This document shows positions 20,903-31,883 of a stretch of DNA of 64,000 bases, piece by piece; the first letter of the stretch is position 1, and each line of letters begins with the position of its first letter. Origin of the DNA: Sulfuritalea sp. (GTDB taxonomy: Bacteria; Pseudomonadota; Gammaproteobacteria; Burkholderiales; Rhodocyclaceae); the NCBI GenBank assembly GCA_023229545.1, contig JALNZB010000005.1:23281-87280 (forward strand). Direction: 5' to 3'. The notes beneath the pieces are model-generated. The model was not told where the DNA came from. It searched no databases and worked only from the letters and a program-made list of their open reading frames with translations. A program made the translations under genes and the position numbers.

Positions 20903-21060
20903 GTCTTGGCTTTGGCACGCAGCGCTTGTTTCCGCAAGCATTGGTCTGCACCTAAAGCTACCGTCAGCATAATGCTTATTGAAATGTTAATAAGAATTAA
21001 AGAAATAGGTTGAGTTCACCGAAATCACTGCATATAATCGAAAGACTTGATTGAAATGAA

Positions 21061-21291
21061 ATGGGTTTTATGCAATCCCATCAGTTCATTAAATATGCCT
21101 TTCGTATCCGTACTCGCCTCGGCGTGATTGTTGATAACTTGATGATCCATGGTCGGGATGAGTACGACGCGCAACGCAAGCTGCGACAGGTCTATCACGG
21201 CTGCCAGATCATCGAATGTGTTTGCCATCGTGGTAGCGTTCGTGTTCCGGTGGCCAGCTTTGAGGAAGTCGCAAACCTCATTGTTCGCTGA
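21061..21291 (+). CDS. Small hypothetical protein (76 aa)
   Basis: Fills the gap between rpsT and parA; protein-like composition; AT-rich upstream region. Confidence 0.6.
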   Translation: MGFMQSHQFIKYAFRIRTRLGVIVDNLMIHGRDEYDAQRKLRQVYHGCQIIECVCHRGSVRVPVASFEEVANLIVR

Positions 21292-21341
21292 GGTTAATCA
21301 AGCTTCTGCCTGGTCCCGGCATATTTCGTTACGCACCTCCA

Positions 21342-22109
21342 TCAGAGGAACCGCGCGGTTCGCAACTCATTCATCAGCGCCAAGTAGTCCTGTGCTCCCC
21401 GGCTGGCTGGGTTGTGGCTGAAGATATCGAGACTAACGGCAGGTGCTTCGGCGATCGCTACATTTTCTGAAATCACCGTTTCGCACAGTTCGGCCCCGAA
21501 TTGTTTGTGCAGTCGTTCATGGATATCAAAGCTCATCTTGCGCCGACGATCAAACCGCGTCAGCAAGTAGCGGCGTTCGATACGCCGTTTGAGTACGGGT
21601 TCCAGTGCTTTCAGGGTGTGTTCAATCTGCAATGCGCCACGCAAGGAGAGATAGTCCGATGACACGGGAATCAGTATCCGGTCAGAGGCGAAAATCGCGT
21701 TGAGCGAAAGTACACCCAGAAATGGGCAGCAGTCGATCACAACGGTGCTTTCGCCGCCGGAAGTTTCAAGCGCCAGCAAGCCCGTGTTAAGCCGGTTGAG
21801 AATAGCCGGTCCTTTGCCGAATAAGGAATCGACCTTGATCAGTTCTGCATGGGCGGGGATCAGGCGGCCCACCCCCTCCCAGATCACGGCCAGTTCTTCG
21901 AGCGTCCGGTTGTCATGGTATAGCGCGAACACGCTGTTATATGCCTCGCCCTGCACCTCGCCGTGGATAGCTGTCAGATGCGCCTGTGGATCCAGGTCAA
22001 CCAGTAGCGTAGGCGTGGAATTCCTCGCCAGTGCCGCTGCGATATTTAGCGCGGTGGTGGTTTTCCCGACTCCACCCTTCTGATTGAAAACCGCCATCTT
22101 CACTGCCAT
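21342..22109 (-). CDS. ParA/MinD family ATPase, orphan
   Basis: Deviant Walker A NQKGGVGKTTT, LLVDLDPQA, IDCCP, ENVAIAEAP; no adjacent parB. Confidence 0.9.
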   Translation of the reverse strand: MAVKMAVFNQKGGVGKTTTALNIAAALARNSTPTLLVDLDPQAHLTAIHGEVQGEAYNSVFALYHDNRTLEELAVIWEGVGRLIPAHAELIKVDSLFGKGPAILNRLNTGLLALETSGGESTVVIDCCPFLGVLSLNAIFASDRILIPVSSDYLSLRGALQIEHTLKALEPVLKRRIERRYLLTRFDRRRKMSFDIHERLHKQFGAELCETVISENVAIAEAPAVSLDIFSHNPASRGAQDYLALMNELRTARFL

Positions 22110-22240
22110 ATCCTCCGTGTTTCGGCTCTATACAGGGGTCTATTTTTCTCTTAGTATAGGGGTGTTTTCAAGCACGGCGGCCGCGTTGCTCTTCGGCCGC
22201 CGTATGTTTTTCAGACTGGAGCTTTTCGCGGAGTGCCTTC

Positions 22241-23413
22241 ATGCCGCATCTGATGAATACCTACGGGCGGTTGCCGATCGCCTTTACTCATGGTCAGGGT
22301 TGCCGGTTGTTCGACGAACAGGGCAAGTCCTATCTGGATGCCCTGGCGGGAATAGCGGTGAATACGCTGGGCCACAATCATCCTCGATTGGTGAGGGCGT
22401 TGTCCGCGCAGGTCGGTCGTCTCATTCATGCGTCGAACTTGTATCGCATAAGCGAAGCCGAGATGGTTTCCGACCGACTCGCTGCATTGTCCGGCATGGA
22501 CGAGGTGTTCTTTTGCAACTCGGGCTGTGAGGCCAACGAAGCGGCTATCAAACTCGCACGGTTGTATGGACACCAGCAGGGCATTGAGCAGCCGGCCATC
22601 ATCGTCATGGAACAGGCTTTCCACGGCCGCACGCTGGCGACGCTCTCCGCCACCGGCAATCGCAAGGTGCAGGCTGGCTTCGAGCCGCTGGTCTCGGGTT
22701 TTGTGCGGGTGCCGTTTGACGATATCGCCGCAATCGAGCAACTCGCGGCGCGCAATCCGAATGTCGTTGCCGTGCTGTTCGAACCGATCCAGGGCGAAGG
22801 TGGCATCAACCTCGCTCACAAGGACTACATGCGTTCGTTGCGGCGGATTTGCGACGAGAAGAACTGGTTGTTCATGGTCGACGAGGTGCAGTGCGGCCTC
22901 GGTCGTACCGGGGCATGGTTCGCCCATCAGCACGCGGACGTTCTGCCGGATGTCATGACGCTGGCTAAAGGGCTGGCCTCCGGTGTGCCAATCGGTGCCT
23001 GCCTTGCTGCCGGGCGAGCCGCTGGCGTGTTCAAGCCCGGCAATCACGGTTCCACTTTTGGCGGCAATCCGCTGGCCTGTGTCGCGGCCCTGACCACGCT
23101 GGATGTAATCGAAGCCGATGGTCTCATGGCGCACGCGGAGAAGCTGGGCGCAGTCATTCGCGATGGTCTGCGCAGTGGTTTGTCCGGCGTCGACGGCTTC
23201 GTCGAAGTACGCGGCGATGGCCTGATGATCGGTATCGAGCTGGATCGTACCTGTACCGATCTGGTTACGCGCGGGCTGGAAGCCGGCCTGCTGATCAATG
23301 TCACCGCCGACAAGGTAGTGCGTCTGTTGCCGCCGCTGGTAATGAGCGACGCCGAGGGGGCGGAGCTTGTGGTCGCACTTGTGTCGCTGATCAAAGAGTT
23401 TCTCGGAGTGTGA
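22241..23413 (+). CDS. argD: Acetylornithine aminotransferase
   Basis: YLDALAGIAVNTLGH, CNSGCEANEAAIK, FHGRT, DEVQCG, AKGLASG, HGSTFGGNPL; upstream of argF. Confidence 0.9.
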   Translation: MPHLMNTYGRLPIAFTHGQGCRLFDEQGKSYLDALAGIAVNTLGHNHPRLVRALSAQVGRLIHASNLYRISEAEMVSDRLAALSGMDEVFFCNSGCEANEAAIKLARLYGHQQGIEQPAIIVMEQAFHGRTLATLSATGNRKVQAGFEPLVSGFVRVPFDDIAAIEQLAARNPNVVAVLFEPIQGEGGINLAHKDYMRSLRRICDEKNWLFMVDEVQCGLGRTGAWFAHQHADVLPDVMTLAKGLASGVPIGACLAAGRAAGVFKPGNHGSTFGGNPLACVAALTTLDVIEADGLMAHAEKLGAVIRDGLRSGLSGVDGFVEVRGDGLMIGIELDRTCTDLVTRGLEAGLLINVTADKVVRLLPPLVMSDAEGAELVVALVSLIKEFLGV

Positions 23414-24339
23414 ACATGGACTCTCCGCGGCATTTCCTGCAACTGAAAGACCTTTCGCGAGATGAGCTCGATTATCTTTTCGAGCGCACCCGGATCATCA
23501 AGGCGCGTTTCAAGACCTACCAGCGTCATTGGCCCTTGCAGGATCGCACCTTGGTGATGATTTTTGAGAAGGCCAGCACCCGCACGCGACTCTCCTTCGA
23601 GGCTGGCGTACAGCAATTGGGCGGCTCGGCGATCTATCTGAATACGCGAGATTCGCAGCTTGGACGCGGCGAGCCAGTGGAGGATGCGGCTGAAGTGATT
23701 TCGCGCATGAGCGACATGGTCATGATTCGCACTTTCGAGCAGGACATCATCGAGCGCTTTGCCAGTCACTCGCGGGTGCCGGTCATCAACGGCCTGACCA
23801 ACGAATACCATCCCTGCCAGATTCTCGCCGACATCTTTACCTTCATCGAACATCGCGGTCCGATCCAGGGCAAAACCGTGGCATGGATCGGCGACTCGAA
23901 CAATGTCTGCAACACATGGTTGCAGGCGGCGGAAATCTTTGGTTTCGACGTGCATGTATCGACTCCGCCAGGTTACGAGGTCGAAGCCGAGCGCGCCGGT
24001 CTCTATGGCACAGCGCATTTCAAGCAGTTTGCCGACCCGATGGATGCCGCTCGCGACGTCGACCTGGTGACCACCGATGTGTGGACCTCGATGGGATTCG
24101 AGGCCGAGAACGAAGAGCGCTTGCGCGATTTCGCAGACTGGCAGGTCGATGCCGAGATGATGCGCGCGGCGCGCCCCGATGCCGTGTTCATGCACTGCCT
24201 GCCGGCGCATCGCGGTGAGGAAGTCGCCGCCGAGGTGATCGACGGCGCGCAAAGCGTGGTGTGGGATGAGGCCGAGAACCGGCTGCACACACAGAAGGCG
24301 TTGATGGAATTCCTGCTTCTGGGCAGGGTGAATGATTGA
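23410..24339 (+). CDS. argF: Ornithine carbamoyltransferase
   Basis: [40 protein letters not shown]. Confidence 0.95.
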   Translation: MNMDSPRHFLQLKDLSRDELDYLFERTRIIKARFKTYQRHWPLQDRTLVMIFEKASTRTRLSFEAGVQQLGGSAIYLNTRDSQLGRGEPVEDAAEVISRMSDMVMIRTFEQDIIERFASHSRVPVINGLTNEYHPCQILADIFTFIEHRGPIQGKTVAWIGDSNNVCNTWLQAAEIFGFDVHVSTPPGYEVEAERAGLYGTAHFKQFADPMDAARDVDLVTTDVWTSMGFEAENEERLRDFADWQVDAEMMRAARPDAVFMHCLPAHRGEEVAAEVIDGAQSVVWDEAENRLHTQKALMEFLLLGRVND

Positions 24340-24349
24340 AGGAAAAGCA

Positions 24350-25618
<1,269 letters not shown>

Positions 25619-25639
25619 GGGAGCGCCGGGATTTTTTCG

Positions 25640-25849
25640 ATGTTCGGCATTTCTGAGGAGCAAATGGCGGAGTTCGGCATGACGTTCGGCCTGGGCGCCT
25701 TCATGCTGTACATGCTCTTCATCATCGGTGAACTAGCCTGGAAGTCCAAGGCGGGCAAGCTCGGTACCTTCGTCCTGTTTTTCGTCCTGGCGTTCGGCAT
25801 GTTCGGCTTCGTGGCAAAAATCATTATTCAAAAAATGTGGGGAATCTGA
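25640..25849 (+). CDS. DUF2788 family small membrane protein
   Basis: Two hydrophobic helices; [16 protein letters not shown] pattern. Confidence 0.75.
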   Translation: MFGISEEQMAEFGMTFGLGAFMLYMLFIIGELAWKSKAGKLGTFVLFFVLAFGMFGFVAKIIIQKMWGI

Positions 25850-25850
25850 T

Positions 25851-26162
25851 ATGTCTCAATTCGATAATGTCGCCGTGGTGAAGAAGGCCAATGTCTATTT
25901 CGACGGCAAATGCGTCAGTCATAGCGTGCAGTTCGCCGACGGTACGAAAAAGAGCGTCGGCGTGATTTTGCCTGCGACACTGACGTTCAACACCGGCGTG
26001 CCGGAGATCATGGAAACCGTGGCTGGCGCCTGCCGCTATCGCATCAAGGGCGAGGACTGGAAGACTAGCGGTGCCGGCCAGCAATTCACGGTGCCGGGCA
26101 ATACCAGCTTCGACATCGAAGTCAGCGGCGAGCCGTATCACTACGTCTGTCACTTTGCCTGA
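25851..26162 (+). CDS. ppnP: Pyrimidine/purine nucleoside phosphorylase (DUF1255)
   Basis: [44 protein letters not shown]. Confidence 0.9.
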   Translation: MSQFDNVAVVKKANVYFDGKCVSHSVQFADGTKKSVGVILPATLTFNTGVPEIMETVAGACRYRIKGEDWKTSGAGQQFTVPGNTSFDIEVSGEPYHYVCHFA

Positions 26163-26177
26163 TCGCGGGAGAGTGAC

Positions 26178-26672
26178 ATGCCTTCATTCGACATCACTTC
26201 CGAGGCCGACCTGGTGGCGCTGAAGAACGCCGTCGATGTGGCTGGCCGTCACATCGGCAATCGCTATGACTTCAAGGGCACTTCGGCGAAGGCCGAACTG
26301 AACGAGAAGGACAAGATCATCACCATCCATGGCGATTCCGAATTCCAGCTTGGTCAGGTCAAGGACATTCTTTTCCCCGAAATGGAAAAGAAGGAGCGCG
26401 AAAGCACCAAGCGCTTGGAGCATGGCCCCGTGCAGTCGGTGGGCGGCAACAAGTCCAAGCAGGTGCTGACGATCAAGGTCGGCATCGAGCAGGAACTGGC
26501 GAAGAAGATCGTCAAGATGATCAAGGACAGCAAGCTCAAGGTGCAGGCCAGCATCCAGGGCGACGCCGTGCGCGTCACCGGCGCCAAGCGCGACTTGCTG
26601 CAGGAAACCATCGCGCTGGTGAAGAAGTCGATTACCGACTTTCCCTTGCAGTACGGCAATTTCAGGGACTGA
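26178..26672 (+). CDS. yajQ: YajQ family nucleotide-binding protein
   Basis: MPSFDITSE, RYDFKGT, KLKVQASIQGDAVRVTGAKRD.LQ, LQYGNFRD. Confidence 0.93.
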   Translation: MPSFDITSEADLVALKNAVDVAGRHIGNRYDFKGTSAKAELNEKDKIITIHGDSEFQLGQVKDILFPEMEKKERESTKRLEHGPVQSVGGNKSKQVLTIKVGIEQELAKKIVKMIKDSKLKVQASIQGDAVRVTGAKRDLLQETIALVKKSITDFPLQYGNFRD

Positions 26673-26705
26673 TGCAACGCGGCGCCGTGTCGCTGGCGCC
26701 GACTT

Positions 26706-27410
26706 TCAATCGCGGCGCAGCCCGTCGATCCAGCGCGTATAGAGCCGGTCGGCAACCACGCGCATCGCCGCGATGCGCTCCGTGATATTTTCTTCCAATT
26801 GCTCCGGCGTCTGCACCGACGACGAAGGCGGAGCGTTTTCCGCCGCCCATTGCTGGCGCCAGCTACGGATCATCGTCTCCGTCATTTCGACATGGCACTG
26901 CATCCCCAGGTGCTGGCCGCGCACGAAAGCCTGATTGGCGCAGTGGGCGCTTTGCAGAATGCGCGTGGCGCCGGCGGGGATCGTGAAAGTCTCGCCGTGC
27001 CAGTGAAAGCCCTCGAAACGTCGTGTGTCGCCCAGCCACTCGCTTGCCGCCGCCTCTGCGGTGGCTTCGACCATGCCCCATCCGATTTCCTTGACCGGAT
27101 TCCTGCCCACCGTGCCGCCAAAAGCCCGCGCTATGAGCTGTCCGCCTAGACAGTGGCCGATCACCGGGATACCCCGTTCGTCCGCCTTGCGGATCAGTTC
27201 CAGCGTCGTGGGTATCCACGGCAGATCGTCATTCACGCTCATCGGTCCACCCATGAAGCACAGGCCGGAGAACCCGTCAGGAGTCGGCGGTAGCGGAACG
27301 CCGTCGTCGACCTTGAGCAGTGTCCATGGCAGGGAATGGCGGTCGAGGAATGTGGCAAAATAGCCCGGTCCCTCACCGGGGCTATGACGGAATATCGCGA
27401 TCGGTTTCAT
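26706..27410 (-). CDS. Type 1 glutamine amidotransferase domain protein
   Basis: MKPIAIFRH..EGPG, MGGPMSVND, GHCLGGQL (catalytic Cys), HWHGETF, MQCHVE. Confidence 0.88.
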   Translation of the reverse strand: MKPIAIFRHSPGEGPGYFATFLDRHSLPWTLLKVDDGVPLPPTPDGFSGLCFMGGPMSVNDDLPWIPTTLELIRKADERGIPVIGHCLGGQLIARAFGGTVGRNPVKEIGWGMVEATAEAAASEWLGDTRRFEGFHWHGETFTIPAGATRILQSAHCANQAFVRGQHLGMQCHVEMTETMIRSWRQQWAAENAPPSSSVQTPEQLEENITERIAAMRVVADRLYTRWIDGLRRD

Positions 27411-27465
27411 GCCGGAGTCTCTTCTTAGCGCAAGCCCGAATTCTAGCGGAGGCTTGCTTTCCCTG

Positions 27466-28035
27466 ATGCGTCGTCGATTCAGGGAAGGTTTTGTTGCGTC
27501 CCCGATAAATGAGTCCGGGGTCGTCGAAGAGGCCGATCTGATCGCTGCCGCTGTGCTGGTGCCGGTGATCGTGCGCGAGAGCGGGGCGACCCTGCTGCTG
27601 ACCCAGCGCACAATGCATTTACGCGATCATGCCGGGCAGGTGAGTTTTCCCGGTGGACGCAGCGAAGCGAGTGATGCTTCAGCCGAGGCTACGGCCTTGC
27701 GCGAAGCTGAGGAAGAGGTTGGCCTCGTTGCGTCCCAAGTGGAAATTCTCGGGCGCCTGCCGGAATATCGGACTGGCACCGGCTTCGCCATTACTCCTAT
27801 CGTGGGCTTGGTGACGCCGCCCTTGAACCTGAAACTGGACGATTTCGAGGTGGCCGAGGTTTTCGAACCACCGCTCGAATTTCTCCTCGACGAGGCGAAC
27901 CATCAGCGCCATATGATCGAGGTGCGCGGTGTCATGCGCGAGTACTGGGCCATGCCCTGGCAGGGATATTACATCTGGGGTGCGACCGCCGGTATGCTGG
28001 TGACTCTGCATCGTTTCCTCTATTCCGGGGCCTGA
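27466..28035 (+). CDS. Nudix hydrolase, CoA pyrophosphatase (NudL-like); start uncertain
   Basis: LLLTQR..HL..HAGQVSFPGG (CoA-se motif); Nudix box ALREAEEEVGL; WGATAGML. Confidence 0.88.
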   Translation: MRRRFREGFVASPINESGVVEEADLIAAAVLVPVIVRESGATLLLTQRTMHLRDHAGQVSFPGGRSEASDASAEATALREAEEEVGLVASQVEILGRLPEYRTGTGFAITPIVGLVTPPLNLKLDDFEVAEVFEPPLEFLLDEANHQRHMIEVRGVMREYWAMPWQGYYIWGATAGMLVTLHRFLYSGA

Positions 28036-28039
28036 GCGC

Positions 28040-28975
28040 ATGACCCTCATTTCCATTGTCATCGCCCTGGTTCTGGAGCAGTTGCACGCGCTGCCGGTGC
28101 AGCGCGCGGTGCGCGATCCGGTGAAGCGGATCGCGATATTTCTCGAAGACAAGTTCAACGATGGCGGGCGCAGTCATGGCGCCATCGCCTGGGGGCTGGG
28201 CGCCGCGCTGCCCCCAGCACTGGTATTGCTGGTGTATGCCTTGCTGCTGCACGCTCAGCCTCTGCTGGCCATCCTGCTCGGCATTGGCGTGCTGTATCTG
28301 ACCATGGGTTTTCGCCAGTTCAGTCATTTCTTCACCGACATTCATCTGGCGCTGGGACTCGGCGAAGTCGAACAGGCTCGGCAACTGCTTGCGCAATGGC
28401 GCGGTCGTGCCGGCGACCGTCTTACCGCCAGCGAGATCGCGCGTCTTGCCATCGAGCAGGCCCTGCTGGCGTCGCACCGACATGTCTTCGCGCCGCTGTT
28501 CTGGTTTGTTGTGCTGGGGCCGGCGGGCGCGTTGCTGTACCGGTTGGCGCATTCGTTCGACGAACTCTGGGGCGGGCGCAGCGAAATGGAATTTGGCGAA
28601 TTCGGCCAGTTCGCCCATCAGGCGTTTGCGCTGATCGACTGGATGCCATTGCGGTTGACTGCAGCGGCTTTCGCCGTTGTTGGCGATTTCGAGGATGCAG
28701 TGCATTGCTGGCGCACGCAGGCCGATCGCTGGCCCGACGGTGGCGCCGGCATACTGCTGGCCAGCGGCGCCGGCGCTCTGGGTGTGCGCCTCGGCATGCC
28801 GGTGCATGAGGCGATGCAAGAACCGGACGAAGTTAATGATCGTCCAGAGATGGGTTTGGGCGAAGACGCCGACCCAGATTTAATGCAGAGCACGATAGGT
28901 CTGGTCTGGCGCTGTCTTGTGCTTGGTTTGGCGGTTCTGGCCCTGGTCTGGGTTTCCGGTTGGGCCGGTGGTTGA
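28040..28975 (+). CDS. CobD/CbiB family membrane protein
   Basis: RHVFAPLFWFVVLGPAGALLYR, DWMPLRLTA, GALGVRLG. Confidence 0.8.
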   Translation: MTLISIVIALVLEQLHALPVQRAVRDPVKRIAIFLEDKFNDGGRSHGAIAWGLGAALPPALVLLVYALLLHAQPLLAILLGIGVLYLTMGFRQFSHFFTDIHLALGLGEVEQARQLLAQWRGRAGDRLTASEIARLAIEQALLASHRHVFAPLFWFVVLGPAGALLYRLAHSFDELWGGRSEMEFGEFGQFAHQAFALIDWMPLRLTAAAFAVVGDFEDAVHCWRTQADRWPDGGAGILLASGAGALGVRLGMPVHEAMQEPDEVNDRPEMGLGEDADPDLMQSTIGLVWRCLVLGLAVLALVWVSGWAGG

Positions 28976-28992
28976 TCGACGAGAGGGCCTTT

Positions 28993-30180
28993 ATGTCCAG
29001 CAAGAGAGAAGTCGTTGTCTTGAGCGCAGTTCGTTCCGCCATCGGTACTTTTGGCGGCTCGCTCGCCAACATCGAACCGTGCGAACTGGCCGGTACCGTG
29101 ATGAAGGAAGCAGTCGACCGTTCCGGCGTCGATCCCAAGCAGATCAATTACGTTACGGTCGGCAACTGCATTCCGACCGATTCGCGCTACGCTTATGTTT
29201 CCCGCGTCGCTTCGATCCAGGCAGGCTTGCCGATGGATTCGGTGGCCATGCAAGTGAGCCGTCTGTGTTCTTCAGGTTTGCAGGCCATTGTGACAACGGC
29301 GCAGAACATCATGCTGGGCGACTGCGATTACGGCATCGGCGGCGGCGTCGAAGTCATGTCGCGCGGCAGCTACATGGCGCCCGCCATGCGCAGCGGCGCT
29401 CGCATGGGCGATACTAGGATGATCGACATGATGGTTGCCGTGCTGACCGACCCGTTCGGGGTCGGTCACATGGGCATCACCGCCGAGAATCTGGCGACCA
29501 AGTGGAATATTACCCGCGAAGAGCAGGATGCCTTCGCCCTTGAGTCCCAGCTTCGTGCGGCAGCCGCTATCGCCGAAGGCCGCTTCAAGTCTCAAATCGT
29601 GCCCATCGTGCAGCAGACGCGCAAGGGCGAGGTGGTATTCGACACCGACGAACACGGCAAACCCAACACCACGCTGGAATCGCTGGCGAAGATGAGACCG
29701 GCATTCAAGAAGGATGGCACGGTCACCGCAGGCAATGCATCAGGCATTAACGACGGCGCCGCGTTCTTTGTCTTGGCAGCAGCGGATGTCGCGGTCAGGG
29801 TTGGTCAGAGGCCCATTGCCCGCTTGGTTTCTTATGCCATCGCCGGCGTATCGAATGAGATTATGGGCGAAGGCCCGGTCCCGGCCTCCAGGCTGGCGCT
29901 GCAAAAGGCTGGGCTGACGCTCGATCAGATGGACGTCATCGAATCCAACGAAGCGTTTGCCGCACAGGCCATCGCTGTGTCCAAGGCTCTCGGTCTTGAC
30001 CCGGTGAAAACCAATCCCAACGGTGGTGCTATTGCGCTAGGTCACCCGGTTGGCTGCTCCGGCGCTTTTATCGCCACCAAGGCGCTGTATGAGCTACAGC
30101 GCATCAACGGCAAGTACGCCCTGGTGACTATGTGCATCGGTGGTGGGCAGGGTATTGCTGCGGTGCTTGAACGGATGTGA
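28993..30180 (+). CDS. bktB: Acetyl-CoA C-acyltransferase (beta-ketothiolase, BktB-like)
   Basis: RLCSSGLQAI, TAGNASGINDGAA, NEAFAAQ, GGAIALGHPVG, CIGGGQGIA. Confidence 0.85.
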   Translation: MSSKREVVVLSAVRSAIGTFGGSLANIEPCELAGTVMKEAVDRSGVDPKQINYVTVGNCIPTDSRYAYVSRVASIQAGLPMDSVAMQVSRLCSSGLQAIVTTAQNIMLGDCDYGIGGGVEVMSRGSYMAPAMRSGARMGDTRMIDMMVAVLTDPFGVGHMGITAENLATKWNITREEQDAFALESQLRAAAAIAEGRFKSQIVPIVQQTRKGEVVFDTDEHGKPNTTLESLAKMRPAFKKDGTVTAGNASGINDGAAFFVLAAADVAVRVGQRPIARLVSYAIAGVSNEIMGEGPVPASRLALQKAGLTLDQMDVIESNEAFAAQAIAVSKALGLDPVKTNPNGGAIALGHPVGCSGAFIATKALYELQRINGKYALVTMCIGGGQGIAAVLERM

Positions 30181-30305
30181 GCGGTCCCTCGCGAAAAAGC
30201 GCGACCTTGAATAGCTGCTAAACGCGTGGATTAGGCTTTACAAGCCATGCCGGCGATATGGCGACCATGCCATGGAGGTGGCTGCAAGGGCTGATACGAC
30301 AGGGA

Positions 30306-30851
30306 TCAGCGTGCAGCGGATTGGTCGGCGGTCGGGACTCCAAGGGGGGCGCTGCTTGGAGCAATCGGCGGTTTGGGAGCAACGGGCTGCTTCGATGGCG
30401 CGGGGTGTGGCGCTGGTTTGTTTGGCTTCTGGGCTGCCTCGGCTTTCAGCCGACTTTTCTCGCCTTCTGGCAGTTCCTTGTACTCCTGCCACTTCAGCTT
30501 GACCGCCTCCTTTTTTTCGGGGTGGTCCTTCTGCAAAGCCTTGTACTTGTCGCGCGCGCGCTTGCGCTCATCCGGCGTCAGTTTGGCCCAGGCAGTCATT
30601 CGGCGCTGCACACGAGCCTGCTCCTCGGCACTCATCGACTGGTACCGCTGGGCAATACCAAGCCATTTCTTTCGTCGAAAACCGTCCATCTTGTTCCACT
30701 CGGTGGAAAGCGGAGCGAGGACACGCTTCTGCTCCGAGTCCAATTCAGTCCAAGATGGCTGCGACAGCGGAGGAACGATGACTGCGTGGCCCAGCGGAGA
30801 GGCCAGCCAAAGCGCTACTGTGAGGATGAGTCCGAAGCGCGCTCGAGCCAT
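30306..30851 (-). CDS. DUF3106 family protein
   Basis: Signal/TM segment, then W.EL...QKRVLAPL...W...RMT.W.KLTP.ER..AR..Y repeats; Pro-rich tail. Confidence 0.8.
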   Translation of the reverse strand: MARARFGLILTVALWLASPLGHAVIVPPLSQPSWTELDSEQKRVLAPLSTEWNKMDGFRRKKWLGIAQRYQSMSAEEQARVQRRMTAWAKLTPDERKRARDKYKALQKDHPEKKEAVKLKWQEYKELPEGEKSRLKAEAAQKPNKPAPHPAPSKQPVAPKPPIAPSSAPLGVPTADQSAAR

Positions 30852-31201
30852 ACGTGGAAGCCTCGATCAAGATATGCGGAAGGGGGCAGTTCGTCGGCAA
30901 GAAGTGCGCTGTCGATTTCCTCGAATTCCCGGGCCTGTTCAAAGGCATTCCAGTAATAGGTTCCCATGGCGCCGATACTCAGGGCGACAACGGCGAGCAG
31001 ATTGCGGGCGTTGGAAAAGAAAGCGAGTTCCACAACCTGCCCGATCCCGGCGATGCGCAGACCGCTCACCGGCACCCGCTGGCTATTCAAGGCAAGCTGG
31101 CGCGCCTGATGGAGACGACCGACCACCTTCCGGTCGAGCGCAACCAGACCCTCATTCAGAATCTGCCTTGCCTTGTAGCCGAATTCAGTATCTTCTTTCA
31201 T
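30815..31201 (-). CDS. DUF3619 family protein (putative anti-sigma factor)
   Basis: RLHQARQLAL, one TM helix, EEIDSALLADELPPSAYLDRGF..W; coupled to the sigma gene by an ATGA overlap. Confidence 0.8.
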   Translation of the reverse strand: MKEDTEFGYKARQILNEGLVALDRKVVGRLHQARQLALNSQRVPVSGLRIAGIGQVVELAFFSNARNLLAVVALSIGAMGTYYWNAFEQAREFEEIDSALLADELPPSAYLDRGFHVWLERASDSSSQ

Positions 31202-31761
31202 AGCTCGATGCCTTTCGCCTTGAGTGCCGCAGCCAGAGTGTGGGTGGCGCGCGAACAGTGCGTCTTTACGCTACCTTCCGAACAACCCATCGCTGCTGCA
31301 GTTTCGGCAATATCCATTTCCTCCCAATAACGCATTAGAAAGGCTTCACGTTGACGCGGTGGCAGCTTCTCGACCTCTTTTTCAATGGCAGCAAGGAGTT
31401 GCGATCGCTCCATTTGCCGGTGTGGTGTCGCCAAACCCTCCGACTCGTTCTCTGCCGCAATAGTTTCAAGCGGATCGCAATCTTCATCGTCGTTGGGAGA
31501 AAGGGACGACAGCAGGGTTGTCCACAGGGATCGAACCTTGGATCGCCGATAGCTGTCGCGGATGGCGTTTTGCAGGATTCTCTGAAACAGCATCGGCCAT
31601 TCCGTGACTGGCCGGTCACCGTATTTTTCCGCCAGTCGCATCATCGCATCCTGAACAATATCCAGCGCGGTCTCTTCGTTCCGAACGGCGAACATGGCCT
31701 GTTTGAAGGCGCGTCGTTCGATGCCGGCAAGGAAATTGGACAGGGCGATTCGGGAACTCAG
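31198..31761 (-). CDS. ECF RNA polymerase sigma factor, probable CTG start
   Basis: FLAGIERRAFKQA, ALDIVQDAM, WPMLFQRILQN, LPPRQREAF, MGCSEGSVKTHCSRA; AGGAG RBS precedes CTG at 31761. Confidence 0.88.
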   Translation of the reverse strand: MSSRIALSNFLAGIERRAFKQAMFAVRNEETALDIVQDAMMRLAEKYGDRPVTEWPMLFQRILQNAIRDSYRRSKVRSLWTTLLSSLSPNDDEDCDPLETIAAENESEGLATPHRQMERSQLLAAIEKEVEKLPPRQREAFLMRYWEEMDIAETAAAMGCSEGSVKTHCSRATHTLAAALKAKGIEL

Positions 31762-31817
31762 AGTGTGCTCCTGCCGGCTTTCAGCAGTTTTTTCATTGCG
31801 AGGAAAGACTATAAATC

Positions 31818-31846
31818 TTGACCATTCGCGGACGAGTCAGTAAGGT
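31818..31846 (+). promoter_or_regulatory. Candidate sigma70 promoter of ilvBNC
   Basis: TTGACC-N17-TAAGGT. Confidence 0.55.
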
Positions 31847-31883
31847 TATACGCTTCAATCTAAAAGTGTAACAGGTGTAATCA

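Noticed and set aside
21342-22109. ParA as a sign of an integrated plasmid or prophage
   Set aside because: Flanked by rpsT and argD, with no integrase, rep, parB, att-like repeats or phage genes.
28040-28975. CobD/CbiB-family gene as evidence of cobalamin synthesis
   Set aside because: No other cob genes nearby; this family is commonly found beside the Nudix CoA pyrophosphatase regardless of B12 synthesis.
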